Positions 37,684 through 48,462 of a stretch of DNA of 64,000 nt are shown in pieces. The notes under the pieces were generated by a model. That model saw only the letters and a list, made by a program, of their open reading frames with translations, was not told the DNA's origin and did no database searches. The translations under genes were made by a program, and so were the position numbers. Position 1 is the first letter of the stretch; the number at the start of each line of letters is the position of its first letter. The DNA comes from a virus: IMG/VR virus record IMGVR_UViG_3300009514_000016, positions 1-64,000 of that record. One strand, 5' to 3'.

Positions 37684-38850
37684 CTATGCCAACTGTTCAA
37701 TTAATATGTTGTCCACAAACATCAGGGATTCATCAGTGTTCACAAAGGTTTGTAGCATCGCCAGTGTATCTACTTTGTTCTCATAGACGAATTCTCCTCT
37801 ATGAATGTTGTCAATGAACACATTAACTTTCTTCTGAACTCTATCGAATTCTAATGAAATATTATACCATGTTCCCAGAGAATAATTGATGCCCAATCCG
37901 ACATTTTGATGAATTGTGTTCTGGAACGAGATTTGACCCGGACTATCTAGCTCAGTATTGTCAGGCCCGACAAAAGAAACCATCCCTGCGAAGAATTCTC
38001 CAAAGGAAGCAACTCCTCCATCACTTTTGATTTCTCTTTCTACTCTAACGTCAGCAGTTATTCTTACTGCATTAACAAAATCATCGAAATCAAATTGTCT
38101 GCCAAAAACCTGACTTCCAGATCCCAGTCCTGGTTCAACTCTGAGCTTAAGACTCTTTGTCCCATCCTGAGCAGCGTCTGTCGTCACTGTAAAAGTTCCA
38201 ACAGAATCTACTGTAACTTTGCTTACAAAACTGATCCCTCTAAAGAGGAATTTTCCCTTAGTGACCGGCAGGGCAATTGGAATATGGTCGAATACTTCTT
38301 TTAGCCCTAAAGGAAGAGAGCCTGTAAACCCTCTTACTCCACTGAAATCAGTGTCGGCGTCATATGCCTCAAAATTCTCTGAAAACAATGTAAAAGGAAA
38401 TGATCCATCATTAAATGTGTCAAAAGTATATAAATCGCCGTTCGGGTCAACAGCCAAATTTCCAATAGTATCTGATGGATCTTGGCTCAATAGCCTCGTC
38501 ACGGTTGTGACTTTGCCATAATCTCTAACTAATCTTATCGCTGAATTTCCAGTGTCAACAACATAAATGTTGCCAGAAGCATCGCATATCATGTGAGATG
38601 GGCGATTGAATCTGGCGGCATTTCCCAATCCATCCACAAACCCTGAGACCCCTCTAGTTCCAGCAAGAACTATGGGTTCATTGAATCCTGGATTTATTTT
38701 TAGAATGAGATGATTCTCAATGTCAGAAACGTATATGTCGCCAGATGGAGTAACTGCAACTCCAGAGCCATCGCTAAGAATTAAATTGGAAAGGATTCTC
38801 CGTCTGCCATCTGGTGTGATTTTTATCAGTCTGTTTAGTGGTGTTGCCAT
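37684..38850 (-). CDS. NHL-repeat protein with beta-sandwich C-terminus (possible structural/receptor-binding)
   Basis: GVAVTPSGDIYVSD, DGLGNAARFNRP, GNIYVVDTGNSAIR. Confidence 0.75.
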   Translation of the reverse strand: MATPLNRLIKITPDGRRRILSNLILSDGSGVAVTPSGDIYVSDIENHLILKINPGFNEPIVLAGTRGVSGFVDGLGNAARFNRPSHMICDASGNIYVVDTGNSAIRLVRDYGKVTTVTRLLSQDPSDTIGNLAVDPNGDLYTFDTFNDGSFPFTLFSENFEAYDADTDFSGVRGFTGSLPLGLKEVFDHIPIALPVTKGKFLFRGISFVSKVTVDSVGTFTVTTDAAQDGTKSLKLRVEPGLGSGSQVFGRQFDFDDFVNAVRITADVRVEREIKSDGGVASFGEFFAGMVSFVGPDNTELDSPGQISFQNTIHQNVGLGINYSLGTWYNISLEFDRVQKKVNVFIDNIHRGEFVYENKVDTLAMLQTFVNTDESLMFVDNILIEQLA

Positions 38851-38859
38851 CTAACATTT

Positions 38860-40512
38860 CTATTGCTGTTGTTCCTGATCAGGAAATTCATGTTCTACAT
38901 CTTCATCCGCGCCAGTTTCATGAAGAAATTCTTCTTCATCTTCATAGTGTTCTGGAACATACTTGGCGAAATGGGTTATGGCCTCATCCTCTGAATCATG
39001 GAAGTGCATCTTGCCAGCAACGACTGATCTCCATACGCCATCTTTGTAAAATACTCCACCGTCTAGTGAAGCTGATTTTCCTGGATACTCTACAAAATCT
39101 TCGACTCTCTCTTCAACTGAATCGTCTTCATTTTCTTCAAATTCATCTCCAATGCCAATTGGGCCATTGGATTCTGGAAGATCAATGTCTTCTGTTATTG
39201 GCATTTGATCCATTAGCTTTTGAACATCTGCCATATCAACCATGTCCGCTGGAGTGTCCGTCTGAATGGCTTGCAAAGTTTCATGAGTAACATCAAACTC
39301 TGGGGAAGAAGTCATAATCTGCATTGGGTGAACCCCTTGTATCCATGCTTCATCGTGAGTCATAGCGCCTAATTCATCGAGATTGTATCCCTGAGCGGCC
39401 ATGAAATCGCCATAGCTCGCCATGTCTTGACTAATTTGCTCTTGAGCAACTGCTTGTGCTTTCTTGACCAGCCCGTTAGATGCACTAACTTCTGGATTCA
39501 AGAACACTTGTTTCATTGCAGAGATGATTTTTCCGGCTGTTTTAATTTCTTTCTTACCAGAGCCAACAACCTTTTTGTCTGGTTCTGGTGCGCCGCCAAG
39601 ATATTCTCTTTCTTCTGAAAGTTTATCTCTCATGTTGGAAAGGCGTTTCTCGTAGCTCCACTCATCTGGGCTAATTGGTCTGCGTCTCTGTCCTGGCTTT
39701 AGCTGATAAGAGTTTCCTGCGGTGTCATAATGAACTTCAAATCTCTTATTAAAATACCCGCCAACATAGTTCCCATCTTTGTCGCGATATTCTCTTGAGA
39801 ATTTGTCAATAACATTTTGTCTGAAAAGAGTTTCAGCACAAATAATACGGTAATCATCTAGGGCAAGTCCATCTAAGCAGTGCCAGCGGCAAACATAATC
39901 AGAAATGACATTGCGAATCTTGGGACACCAGCGTTTTTCATCTGGTCCATTTAGGATATATGGTTCGCTCATACGAACTGCTGTTTTAGTGAATTTCTTT
40001 AAGTTAAACGCTTTCATTGGTTCTCTTTCGTGAATATCCTCAACAACTTGTTCATATTTAGGAAGTTCTTCGGATCTTTCCTCTTTAACTTCCTCTTCAA
40101 CCGCCTTCTCTGGATCTCTCGCCATATTGTTCTTTTCGAATATATTGAACAATTTTACTGCTATTTCTTTTTGGTCTTCTTTTGCATCTGGATGCTCTGA
40201 CTCCCCCAATGCGATATAGGCGTCAATTAGCTCATCTGTGCTATGTTCCATAGATGGATTGGGAATCCGACTCAAGAAGTCAAATTTGATCTCTTCTCTA
40301 TTCTCGTCTTGCGCCAAGGAATCTAGCCATGTTTGAACAGAAGGGACTTCTTGACCTTGCTCATCCGTCATTGAATAACCGACAGCAGATTGAAAGAGCG
40401 GAGGATTTTGAACCCAGTCCTGAGAACCGAATTCCCCTTGTTGATCCTGCGGACCATCAAGGGGAGATTCAGAAATTTGTGCTAGTTTATAAGCTTTTTT
40501 GTTGAATCCCAT
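38860..40512 (-). CDS. Hypothetical virion-associated protein
   Basis: Start moved to MGFNKKAYKLAQ (GGAG RBS); Cys cluster WCPK...CRWHC...C. Confidence 0.7.
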   Translation of the reverse strand: MGFNKKAYKLAQISESPLDGPQDQQGEFGSQDWVQNPPLFQSAVGYSMTDEQGQEVPSVQTWLDSLAQDENREEIKFDFLSRIPNPSMEHSTDELIDAYIALGESEHPDAKEDQKEIAVKLFNIFEKNNMARDPEKAVEEEVKEERSEELPKYEQVVEDIHEREPMKAFNLKKFTKTAVRMSEPYILNGPDEKRWCPKIRNVISDYVCRWHCLDGLALDDYRIICAETLFRQNVIDKFSREYRDKDGNYVGGYFNKRFEVHYDTAGNSYQLKPGQRRRPISPDEWSYEKRLSNMRDKLSEEREYLGGAPEPDKKVVGSGKKEIKTAGKIISAMKQVFLNPEVSASNGLVKKAQAVAQEQISQDMASYGDFMAAQGYNLDELGAMTHDEAWIQGVHPMQIMTSSPEFDVTHETLQAIQTDTPADMVDMADVQKLMDQMPITEDIDLPESNGPIGIGDEFEENEDDSVEERVEDFVEYPGKSASLDGGVFYKDGVWRSVVAGKMHFHDSEDEAITHFAKYVPEHYEDEEEFLHETGADEDVEHEFPDQEQQQ

Positions 40513-40513
40513 C

Positions 40514-41530
40514 TTACTCCTCTTCGGATTCAGATGGTTCATTTCTTGTTGTATCAGTGAAAAGCTTAGAAAGAGAATCGACTATTTCAGCTTGCTTATC
40601 TGCGGAACGGGTTCCTTTGCCGACTTTTTTCCAGCTATCATCTTTTTCCGCTTTACGGCTAATGTCAGCTTTTCTCTTTTTAGCGGCTTCAACGCTTTGC
40701 TCTTTTGTGGTTTTCTCTGATGCGAAAGCAGAGCCTTCTCCGTCAAACATGCTGATTTGGTCTTTTCCGACTCCAACGTAAGACTGAGAAACTGCTGGCT
40801 CTGATGCTGCGGTCTGAACAGTGTGAGACTGAACTAGATCCAAGCCCTCTCTTAGAGAAGCAAGCATAATTTCCTGACGCTCAGTTTCCATTTCTTTGAT
40901 TGAGTTCTTTCTGGCTTCAACAGACTTTTGAATTCTTTCTTTGTTGTCGTCTAATTCCATTGACTCGACTTGAACATCAAAATCTTCAAACATGCTAAAC
41001 TGGCCCGGAGCAACTCTGTGTGATCCGCCGAAGTTAGTCTCTGTCTGAGAGCCCGAGTAACGAACCTCTCTCTCCAAGCTGGTTGATTCAACCTTGAATC
41101 CACTATCGCCAAGTTTCTTAGCAACTTTGGTTGTGATTTTTTTCACAGAAGCCTCAATGTCGTCGTCATCTTCCATTTCGATGTCTTCTTCTGTTTCTTC
41201 TGATTCTATCTCCTCCAGCTCTTCATCGGTTGGTTCATCGTCTTCCTCCTCTTCGTCGTATCCATATCCAGCAACGATAAGAGTTTTTATTGCTTGAGAG
41301 CTAGATTCTGTGAATTTAATTCCAAGATTAGCCATTGCCTCAACAGCGGCTTCAGGAGATTCAGTGCTCTCTTTGTAATAAGAAAGCATGTCGTCATCTA
41401 GACCTTGAGCGGCCAAATCTGCTGGAATTTCTTTAATTTCTTCAACAGGAGAAAATGATTCTTCTACTGTTTGAGCTTCTTTCCGAGCAAACCATTCTAG
41501 ATTGTTTTGATCTTTAGTTTTGCGCAACAT
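40514..41530 (-). CDS. Acidic hypothetical protein
   Basis: 338-aa ORF with a poly-D/E tract. Confidence 0.7.
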   Translation of the reverse strand: MLRKTKDQNNLEWFARKEAQTVEESFSPVEEIKEIPADLAAQGLDDDMLSYYKESTESPEAAVEAMANLGIKFTESSSQAIKTLIVAGYGYDEEEEDDEPTDEELEEIESEETEEDIEMEDDDDIEASVKKITTKVAKKLGDSGFKVESTSLEREVRYSGSQTETNFGGSHRVAPGQFSMFEDFDVQVESMELDDNKERIQKSVEARKNSIKEMETERQEIMLASLREGLDLVQSHTVQTAASEPAVSQSYVGVGKDQISMFDGEGSAFASEKTTKEQSVEAAKKRKADISRKAEKDDSWKKVGKGTRSADKQAEIVDSLSKLFTDTTRNEPSESEEE

Positions 41531-41991
41531 TATTTTTTATCTCCTGTGCTCTTTTTAGAAATTGCTTTAGAAATGATAATTTTTTCCACTGCAAGAGAGC
41601 TTTTTGATTTCTTTTTATCGCCACTAATACTATGGCTTTTATTTTTCATCCAGTGAGCTAAAGCCCAAGGATTATCGCTGTCTTTTAGCTCTTCACCATT
41701 GTCTTCTTTAGCGGCAGCTTTGGGTTTTCCTGGTTTAACTTCCCAATCTAAGGTGTTTCTGCCTTGCAGGGAGCAATCTTCGCATTGAGTTTCTCCACAA
41801 TCGCATCCTTGGCTTTCTCCAATTCTCAAAAATTCCTCATGGACTTCTTGAGCAATGTTGAAAATACCCTGCTTATCAGCTAGGACAGCCGCTTCTTCCA
41901 TGGAAACACCTTTTTTCTCAGCTAGCCGAGAAATGATGTTATTAATGGATGCGTGGATTAGATTGGAAAATTCTTTTTTAGCTTCGCTCAT
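41530..41991 (-). CDS. Hypothetical protein (DNPWALAHWMK motif)
   Basis: 153-aa ORF. Confidence 0.65.
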   Translation of the reverse strand: MSEAKKEFSNLIHASINNIISRLAEKKGVSMEEAAVLADKQGIFNIAQEVHEEFLRIGESQGCDCGETQCEDCSLQGRNTLDWEVKPGKPKAAAKEDNGEELKDSDNPWALAHWMKNKSHSISGDKKKSKSSLAVEKIIISKAISKKSTGDKK

Positions 41992-42012
41992 TATTGATCC
42001 CTTAATAAACTT

Positions 42013-42037
42013 AGGGGCGGGACAACCGCCCGCCCCT
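42013..42037. other. GC-rich intergenic hairpin
   Basis: AGGGGCGGG-ACAACCG-CCCGCCCCT; no U-run on the coding (minus) strand. Confidence 0.55.
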
Positions 42038-42049
42038 TTTCGTTTTTGC

Positions 42050-42862
42050 TTAGTAGTCTTGGACTAGCGCCTTAGCATATTCTTTTGGATAGTAGAGCCC
42101 GAAATAATTTTGCAACCATTTCTTGTCTTTATCCGTTAGCTTGGCAACAGTTGTGAACTTGCCTTTGAATCCAGCGTAAAGAGGATCGCTAATGACAACA
42201 ACTTCTCCGGTTCCTTCGTCCATTCTCTCTCCTGGAACAGACTTTTCAGACCCTTCTTCGTCAACGCAACCGCAAACGCATTTTTCGTCTTCGCATTTGC
42301 ATTCTATTGACTCATGTGAAGCGCATCCCATTTTGGCACAATCCATGCAAAAATAGCATTCGTCATCTTCATCTTCGGCAGAGAATTCCATTTCGACTGT
42401 CTCTTCTGGCTCTGGGATAGATGCGCATTTGTGTTCTAGAGCTTCTTCCTCGCCGCATGAATCGCAAGTAGATGCTTCTGTAATTTCTTCTTCTGGAGCC
42501 TCTTCGGATTTTTCTTGAGCAACTTTTGGATAAGTTGACTTGACGGCAGCGTAAATTGACGCCTTTAGTTCTTCAAGAGTTCCATCAAACCATTTTGGAA
42601 CTTCCTTGTACTCAGCCATTCTGATGAGAGCATCAGTTGCCTGCTTGGCATTGTTAATTGGATAGTGATGCTTTCCGTCTTTGACTTTTGGATTACTGGA
42701 AGCAAAAACAACTTTTTCTTTTGAAGATTCAGCTTTCTTTTCTTCTTTGCTGGCTTCTTTTGTTAGTTTTTCTGAAGATGCGATCTTCTTTTGCTTGGCC
42801 ACCCAGTCAGTCCAACTGGATTTGCTTGAGTCGCCTTTAATTTTATTGCTGAATAGTTTCAT
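42050..42862 (-). CDS. Hypothetical protein, Cys-rich centre
   Basis: Start moved to MKLFSNK (AGGAG RBS); DGKHHYPIN motif. Confidence 0.7.
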   Translation of the reverse strand: MKLFSNKIKGDSSKSSWTDWVAKQKKIASSEKLTKEASKEEKKAESSKEKVVFASSNPKVKDGKHHYPINNAKQATDALIRMAEYKEVPKWFDGTLEELKASIYAAVKSTYPKVAQEKSEEAPEEEITEASTCDSCGEEEALEHKCASIPEPEETVEMEFSAEDEDDECYFCMDCAKMGCASHESIECKCEDEKCVCGCVDEEGSEKSVPGERMDEGTGEVVVISDPLYAGFKGKFTTVAKLTDKDKKWLQNYFGLYYPKEYAKALVQDY

Positions 42863-42970
42863 GTTGATGTAACTCCTGTTTAGTGGGTAGTATATACGCA
42901 CACAGATAAATTGTTATGGTATTAACGATTGTACCTTTAAAAAAAATCTTTTCCTCTATTTTTCGATAAT

Positions 42971-44920
42971 TTAGAGTGCAGCTTTAGCTTGCCCAATATT
43001 TGCCATGTTTTGCGATAGTTGATCCATCTCTCCAATTTGGCCGCTTAATCCTGAAATGACATCTATGGTTTCCATCAGATTGGCTCTGATGCTCTCTAGT
43101 TGTGCCATAACTCCTTGCATGTCGGCAGCGGCTGTAATTTTTTTAGAAGATTCAGAAATAGCGCGCAAAAATAGATTTCCATATTTTTTGTGATCATTGG
43201 CGCTTGCATATTTGGCAAAACTTGGTGTTTGCGCCAAAGTCATGTAGTCGTTATACTCTGTAATAGCAGTAATCCATGCCTCATATGGGGACATATCAGT
43301 TTTAGCTCTCAGTTCGCGAATTCTCTTTTGCAAAGCCCTGGAGTTGGCAATAAAATATCCCTGGACTCCAACGTACTGAGCTTTCTTATTGAGTTTGTGT
43401 TGTTTGCTATTAAATGAATTTTTCATATTAGTCTCTTTTGCTAAATTGGAAGATGTTTTCCTTTTTGTGGAATTGTTTTTCGCATTAATCGTTGAATATG
43501 AGTTCTGTATTGTTTCAAGATTATTTTTGATTGAATTCCCCATTTGAAGAACGATGTTGTCTTTTGCGTCTGCAGATATTTTCCTATTAGCCAGAACTGT
43601 TCTAGCAAATATTCTAAACATATCATATAATAATATGAATCTTACTAGATCTGCATTTCTCCTGATTGCGGCATCAGCGCTGTCATCTGTAATAACTGCT
43701 TTGATTACATTTTCTTTTACTGGGCCATATAATGCCATAACTGATTTTTGATCTAATTCTGTATCTTTTTGAATTTTTGACGATTCTTGATTTATTTGGT
43801 TGCCAACATTCCTCCATATTTTTTCCATATCTCTGTACGCTTGTTTTCGAGCATTTTGTAAAATAGCTTGTCTGACAAGTGGTAAAATTGTCGTATAAAA
43901 TTGGCTATACCTGCTTATGTAATAATTGTAGTTTTCATTTGAAGACTGTTGCTGAGATAATTGTTCGCCTTCTTCGTCTGGATCGCCATCTAACTCATCA
44001 TCTGACTCTTCATCCGATTTAGCTCTGTTTCTCATAATAGTGTTGATACTACTTATAAAGTTATCGCTTCTTATGGCATCAAAAGTTCCAAGTCCGCGCA
44101 ATTCTGGCACCGGAGCAGTATTGATCCGATAAAATTCATCCGCCCATCTATAGAATGAACTCAGTGATGATAGTAATTGCATTTTCGGATCATTTTGATC
44201 AAAACCAGCCGCACTGCCAATCTGAGAAGCCATATTTTCTATAATTGGTCTGATTGAATTGTAATATTGTAAATATCTATCGTAATGATTTTTGACATTG
44301 CTCCATGTAGACCTTAAGTCCTCGCTAAATTGATTGAGAAATCTAATTTGCATTTCACTAATGTTTTGCCCAACATTTTGCCCGATATGAACGATAAACT
44401 TGTTTTTTGATTTGGCAGATGTTGTATTTTGAATTGCTATATTTTGCGATTGAGTCGATGCGCTCTGAGATGCGCTCTGAGATGTATTCAGCGCTGTGGC
44501 AAAAGCCGCGCTGGCCCTATTCATGCTGGACACTACTTCCGTTGTTTGATCCTTCATGCCCATTACGATATCAGCTAAAGAGGAAACGGCGCTTATCATG
44601 TTTTCTGGGATTAAATCATCAAAGCCTTTATACCGTTGATTCTGAAGGACACTCTGTGTGTTTCTTATTTCTTTCTCATATCGCGACAGTGCTGCATGGT
44701 ACATGCTAATGGATTCAACAACGGCAGGGATGTTCGTCTCAAGTATCGGCATATTATTGCCAAACACAGACATTATCTGATTGAATTTATTGTGAATATA
44801 TCCAGGGGTGTTTTGAGGATTTTGATTTTGCTGGTTGAACTGCGGACTCCCTTGCACTTGAGTTTGCTGAGGTTCGTTTTGCGCTAAAGTGATATGTTTT
44901 CTTTTATTGAACTTTGGCAT
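42971..44920 (-). CDS. Hypothetical helical protein (possible internal virion protein)
   Basis: 649 aa, Q/N-rich; TLAQ and KKAQ motifs. Confidence 0.7.
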   Translation of the reverse strand: MPKFNKRKHITLAQNEPQQTQVQGSPQFNQQNQNPQNTPGYIHNKFNQIMSVFGNNMPILETNIPAVVESISMYHAALSRYEKEIRNTQSVLQNQRYKGFDDLIPENMISAVSSLADIVMGMKDQTTEVVSSMNRASAAFATALNTSQSASQSASTQSQNIAIQNTTSAKSKNKFIVHIGQNVGQNISEMQIRFLNQFSEDLRSTWSNVKNHYDRYLQYYNSIRPIIENMASQIGSAAGFDQNDPKMQLLSSLSSFYRWADEFYRINTAPVPELRGLGTFDAIRSDNFISSINTIMRNRAKSDEESDDELDGDPDEEGEQLSQQQSSNENYNYYISRYSQFYTTILPLVRQAILQNARKQAYRDMEKIWRNVGNQINQESSKIQKDTELDQKSVMALYGPVKENVIKAVITDDSADAAIRRNADLVRFILLYDMFRIFARTVLANRKISADAKDNIVLQMGNSIKNNLETIQNSYSTINAKNNSTKRKTSSNLAKETNMKNSFNSKQHKLNKKAQYVGVQGYFIANSRALQKRIRELRAKTDMSPYEAWITAITEYNDYMTLAQTPSFAKYASANDHKKYGNLFLRAISESSKKITAAADMQGVMAQLESIRANLMETIDVISGLSGQIGEMDQLSQNMANIGQAKAAL

Positions 44921-47900
44921 TTTTCTTTGCTATGGATTTGTTGTAGGCTCTCACGCTAGATGGACTTGATTCATACAGATAGCTTTCCAGCGTCGCCAAC
45001 TGCATGCCGATATTGCCCTCATTCCACTCTTGATCTAAAATGTTATTGATGTTGGTCAATTTTTTGCTTATTTCTTCTTCACTATGTCCTTTTTGAAACA
45101 AGATATCAGACATGCTCCTGCTTATAGAAACGAATTTGTCTTTGGAAATATAATCTGATGCATTCGGCACGCTTCTTATTTTGTTTTTGAATTTATTTGT
45201 CACATTATCATATATTGTGTCTGGATCATTCATCTTGCGAATATGGTGCGACGGATTTGGTCTCGATAGGATATCGAGTATCTCTGCCGCATTCATGCTA
45301 ATATTGCTTTCATCCCATTCTTTGCCAAGAACATTTCTCACCTCTCTTATCTTTCGATTTCTTTCTTCCTCAGTCCCTTCTGCAGGATCATTGATTTGTG
45401 ACAGGATGCTGAGTATTCTTTTGCTTACTTGATTTATTTCATTTTCAGATATATAATTTGATGCATTCGGGATGTTCTTTACTTTGCCTCGCAATTGCGC
45501 ATCCATTTCTTTCCATGTCGTTGACGGAGCATCCAAATAAGATGTTCCATCGTAATCAGCAGCAATTTTTCTATTGCGTTTATTCCAAGCAACTTGTCGC
45601 TGAGATGGTTCTTCAACAGATATTTCCGGTTCACCAACTTGGGAGGGGTCTGTCTTAGGGGTTTGAGGTTGTGATTGATTTTTTGTTTTTCTTCTTTCAG
45701 TTGCTGCAGGATAATTCTCTTGTATGTGGGACAAAGATTTCTTAATTGATCCAACCAATTCGGGTTTAAATATGTTTTTCAACATAGAGCTTAAATAATT
45801 AGAAAAATTTATCTTCTCTTCTGAACCGCCCTCATATTGCTTATACTGCCTGAATAAATCAGGCAAAATTTGTCGTATAGAATTTAATACTCCAAGCATT
45901 ATTGAGGCATTTTTGATTCCCCCAACAAGGTCTTTTGATGTTATTATGTTAGCATTGAATGATTGCGCAGCTTGATTTAGATCTTCAATTGAATAATCTT
46001 GTTTTGCAATGTTGGCAATTTCACTTCGCAACTCAGAAGACATTGTCGATGCCAGTTCGTCCAATGTGTTTTGAACTGCGTCTAGTGGATGCATTTTGAG
46101 CATATCATCATAGGCGAAGTATCCTCTCCACAGAGGATCTTTTTCATTATCTTTCCGCCATGTATGGACTTTTTCTTCTTTAGAGGCCTGTTCTTGAGCA
46201 TCTTTCAATTCTTGATTTTTTGCATTTAGTATTTCTGTATATTTATCTGCATCTATACCTGTAAACGGTTTGATGAATCTTTCACTGAACTCCTGATGTG
46301 AACTTCTAAATAGAACCTTAATATTTTCTAGTGATTTTACTGAATCTTCAATTCTAAGGTTGATTTTTTCATAAGCGGAATTGTCCTTAGATTTTTCATT
46401 GAATATTTTTATTTTGTCTATGACATTTTGCAGCGATCTCTCATATTCTGGATTATAATTGGCGATTTTTATAACCCTATTGCCGCTAGATTTTCTAGAC
46501 ATTTCTGACAAATGCCCGCGAGTAATTGCCATGCTGTTATTTAGTCGTTTAACTTCTTTTTCAATTTGATTGATTGATTCATCTAGGAATGGCAATGCAT
46601 TTTTAGCAAAATCTTTCGCGAATAATGTGGCCTGAGATTTTATGTCATTGTCTTGAATGGACCTCAAATGCTCATTGTGGATTTTATTGAATTCTGAGAG
46701 TATTTCTTTTTTGAACTTGCTTACGTCTATAGACCCAAGAATGTCATAAACTTCTGTTTGAAGTTTTTCAAATTCGTCTCTGGCATGTTGTGGGTTGACA
46801 AATTTTTCAATTGGCGATTCTGCTGGTGTAATTTCAGGCTCCATAGATGTCGATTTGGATTCTGTTCCCTTTTGAGCGCCGGATGGCTCATAAGCCCATG
46901 ACCCGCGATCTTTATTGATCTCTTTTGGATCAAATTTAGTTGCACCAGATAGGCCTTCTGCAATTTTTTTTGCTGCATCAGGGTTTTTTGTTATAAAAGA
47001 CTTAAATTGATCTTTTATAATTTTGAAATTTGTGGACACATTTTCTATTAAAGACGCAATATTTTTGGGAGTCGGAGGAACTGGGCCGCTGCCCAAGTCT
47101 AGCCCTCTCATCATTTGTTTAAATGTTTCATTCGCTGTTACGGTGGCATCGTCTTTGGACTGACCGAATCCTATGTCATTAAATACTTTTGTGGCAGTTT
47201 GTTTTAAGTCATCATCAACTTCGTTACTGTTTATTATGTTTCTAGATAAATTCCACAATAATGCAAGAGCTTGACTTGTCTCTCTTAGTATTGTTGGCTG
47301 TGCCTCTATTATTGATGTTATTTTTGAATAGCTATTTCCGAGCAAATTTTCTATGGTCGCAAAATGTGTGGATTCTATTTTTTGTTCTGCCGCTTCCAGT
47401 ATTTTACTGGCTATATTAAATATCTTGTTATTATTTGTTTTTTTCCCAATAGCAATTATATCTGCGCATGCGCAGGCTGCTCTTCCATAAATGTTTGCTG
47501 GATCATGTTCTTTGAACTTGCCCCATTTTCTTTTTTCCAAAGCTTTCAACGCTTTAGCGCCGGGAGTTCCCTTTCCCTTGTCAATCTCATCGTAAAATTC
47601 TCTTTCAACCTTAGACATACTGTCGCCACCTGAGGCTCCTCCAACAGCGGCTGCATGCTTTCTGTTCCATCTGTCTGATTTTAGGTCTTTGCCCCTAAAC
47701 TCATTAATAACTTCTTTCCAACATTCGTCAGCAGTCTTTACGCTGGATGATTTTTTCATTCTGTATAATTCGAGGAAAGCGGCTTCTTTTTTGACCCAAT
47801 GCTCGCAATTATCTTTGATATCCAACATATTCATGACTTCAATGGCTTCATCCAAAGACTTTGCCTCTTTGAACAATAGGCGAGATTGCAAGTCGCTAAT

Positions 47901-47933
47901 AATATTTTTTAGTTCTTTTATTTCTTTCTTCAT
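44904..47933 (-). CDS. Large hypothetical helical protein with duplicated C-terminal domain
   Basis: 1009 aa; PNAS(N/D)YIS...L..EW(D/N)E.NI.M occurs twice. Confidence 0.7.
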   Translation of the reverse strand: MKKEIKELKNIISDLQSRLLFKEAKSLDEAIEVMNMLDIKDNCEHWVKKEAAFLELYRMKKSSSVKTADECWKEVINEFRGKDLKSDRWNRKHAAAVGGASGGDSMSKVEREFYDEIDKGKGTPGAKALKALEKRKWGKFKEHDPANIYGRAACACADIIAIGKKTNNNKIFNIASKILEAAEQKIESTHFATIENLLGNSYSKITSIIEAQPTILRETSQALALLWNLSRNIINSNEVDDDLKQTATKVFNDIGFGQSKDDATVTANETFKQMMRGLDLGSGPVPPTPKNIASLIENVSTNFKIIKDQFKSFITKNPDAAKKIAEGLSGATKFDPKEINKDRGSWAYEPSGAQKGTESKSTSMEPEITPAESPIEKFVNPQHARDEFEKLQTEVYDILGSIDVSKFKKEILSEFNKIHNEHLRSIQDNDIKSQATLFAKDFAKNALPFLDESINQIEKEVKRLNNSMAITRGHLSEMSRKSSGNRVIKIANYNPEYERSLQNVIDKIKIFNEKSKDNSAYEKINLRIEDSVKSLENIKVLFRSSHQEFSERFIKPFTGIDADKYTEILNAKNQELKDAQEQASKEEKVHTWRKDNEKDPLWRGYFAYDDMLKMHPLDAVQNTLDELASTMSSELRSEIANIAKQDYSIEDLNQAAQSFNANIITSKDLVGGIKNASIMLGVLNSIRQILPDLFRQYKQYEGGSEEKINFSNYLSSMLKNIFKPELVGSIKKSLSHIQENYPAATERRKTKNQSQPQTPKTDPSQVGEPEISVEEPSQRQVAWNKRNRKIAADYDGTSYLDAPSTTWKEMDAQLRGKVKNIPNASNYISENEINQVSKRILSILSQINDPAEGTEEERNRKIREVRNVLGKEWDESNISMNAAEILDILSRPNPSHHIRKMNDPDTIYDNVTNKFKNKIRSVPNASDYISKDKFVSISRSMSDILFQKGHSEEEISKKLTNINNILDQEWNEGNIGMQLATLESYLYESSPSSVRAYNKSIAKKNAKVQ

Positions 47934-47943
47934 AATTTCGCCT

Positions 47944-48462
47944 TTAGGCCATTAGGACATATTCTCTAATATGCTGAATTCTTGGAATCACATATGCTCT
48001 CCATGCGCTCATATTGTGATCCCATGCCACACATAGTTCATTGCCAGTTCCAGCAGTGAACATGTCGTCTGGAGTAATATCTCTTTCGATAAAGTGATTC
48101 CCCATCAAAGTAATATAGGCTATATTCAGTTTGCCTTCCTTTTTTCTTATGTAATTGTCAATCAAGGTTCTTATGTTCAACGACCCCTCGACAGGGGAAT
48201 CAGATAAGACATATCTTCCAGCCGGAACAGTATTAGGATTCAATCCAGTGTATTGAGTCCCTGGCTGTGTTGTTATTAGATTTCCATATTCCGGGCTATA
48301 AATATCGATTTGTGGCCCTCTCCTGTCAACGTATTGAGGAGGAACCATGGCAATTTCTTGGCTTTCATCAATTTGCTCAACAGGAGCAACTTCCTGAACA
48401 GGATATCCTCCCAATTCAGTGTTGTCTTGTTGAGCATAGCGAAAACTAAATATCTCCACCAT
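47944..48462 (-). CDS. WYL-like domain protein
   Basis: IAY...ERDITP...AWDH...AWRAYVIPRI. Confidence 0.6.
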   Translation of the reverse strand: MVEIFSFRYAQQDNTELGGYPVQEVAPVEQIDESQEIAMVPPQYVDRRGPQIDIYSPEYGNLITTQPGTQYTGLNPNTVPAGRYVLSDSPVEGSLNIRTLIDNYIRKKEGKLNIAYITLMGNHFIERDITPDDMFTAGTGNELCVAWDHNMSAWRAYVIPRIQHIREYVLMA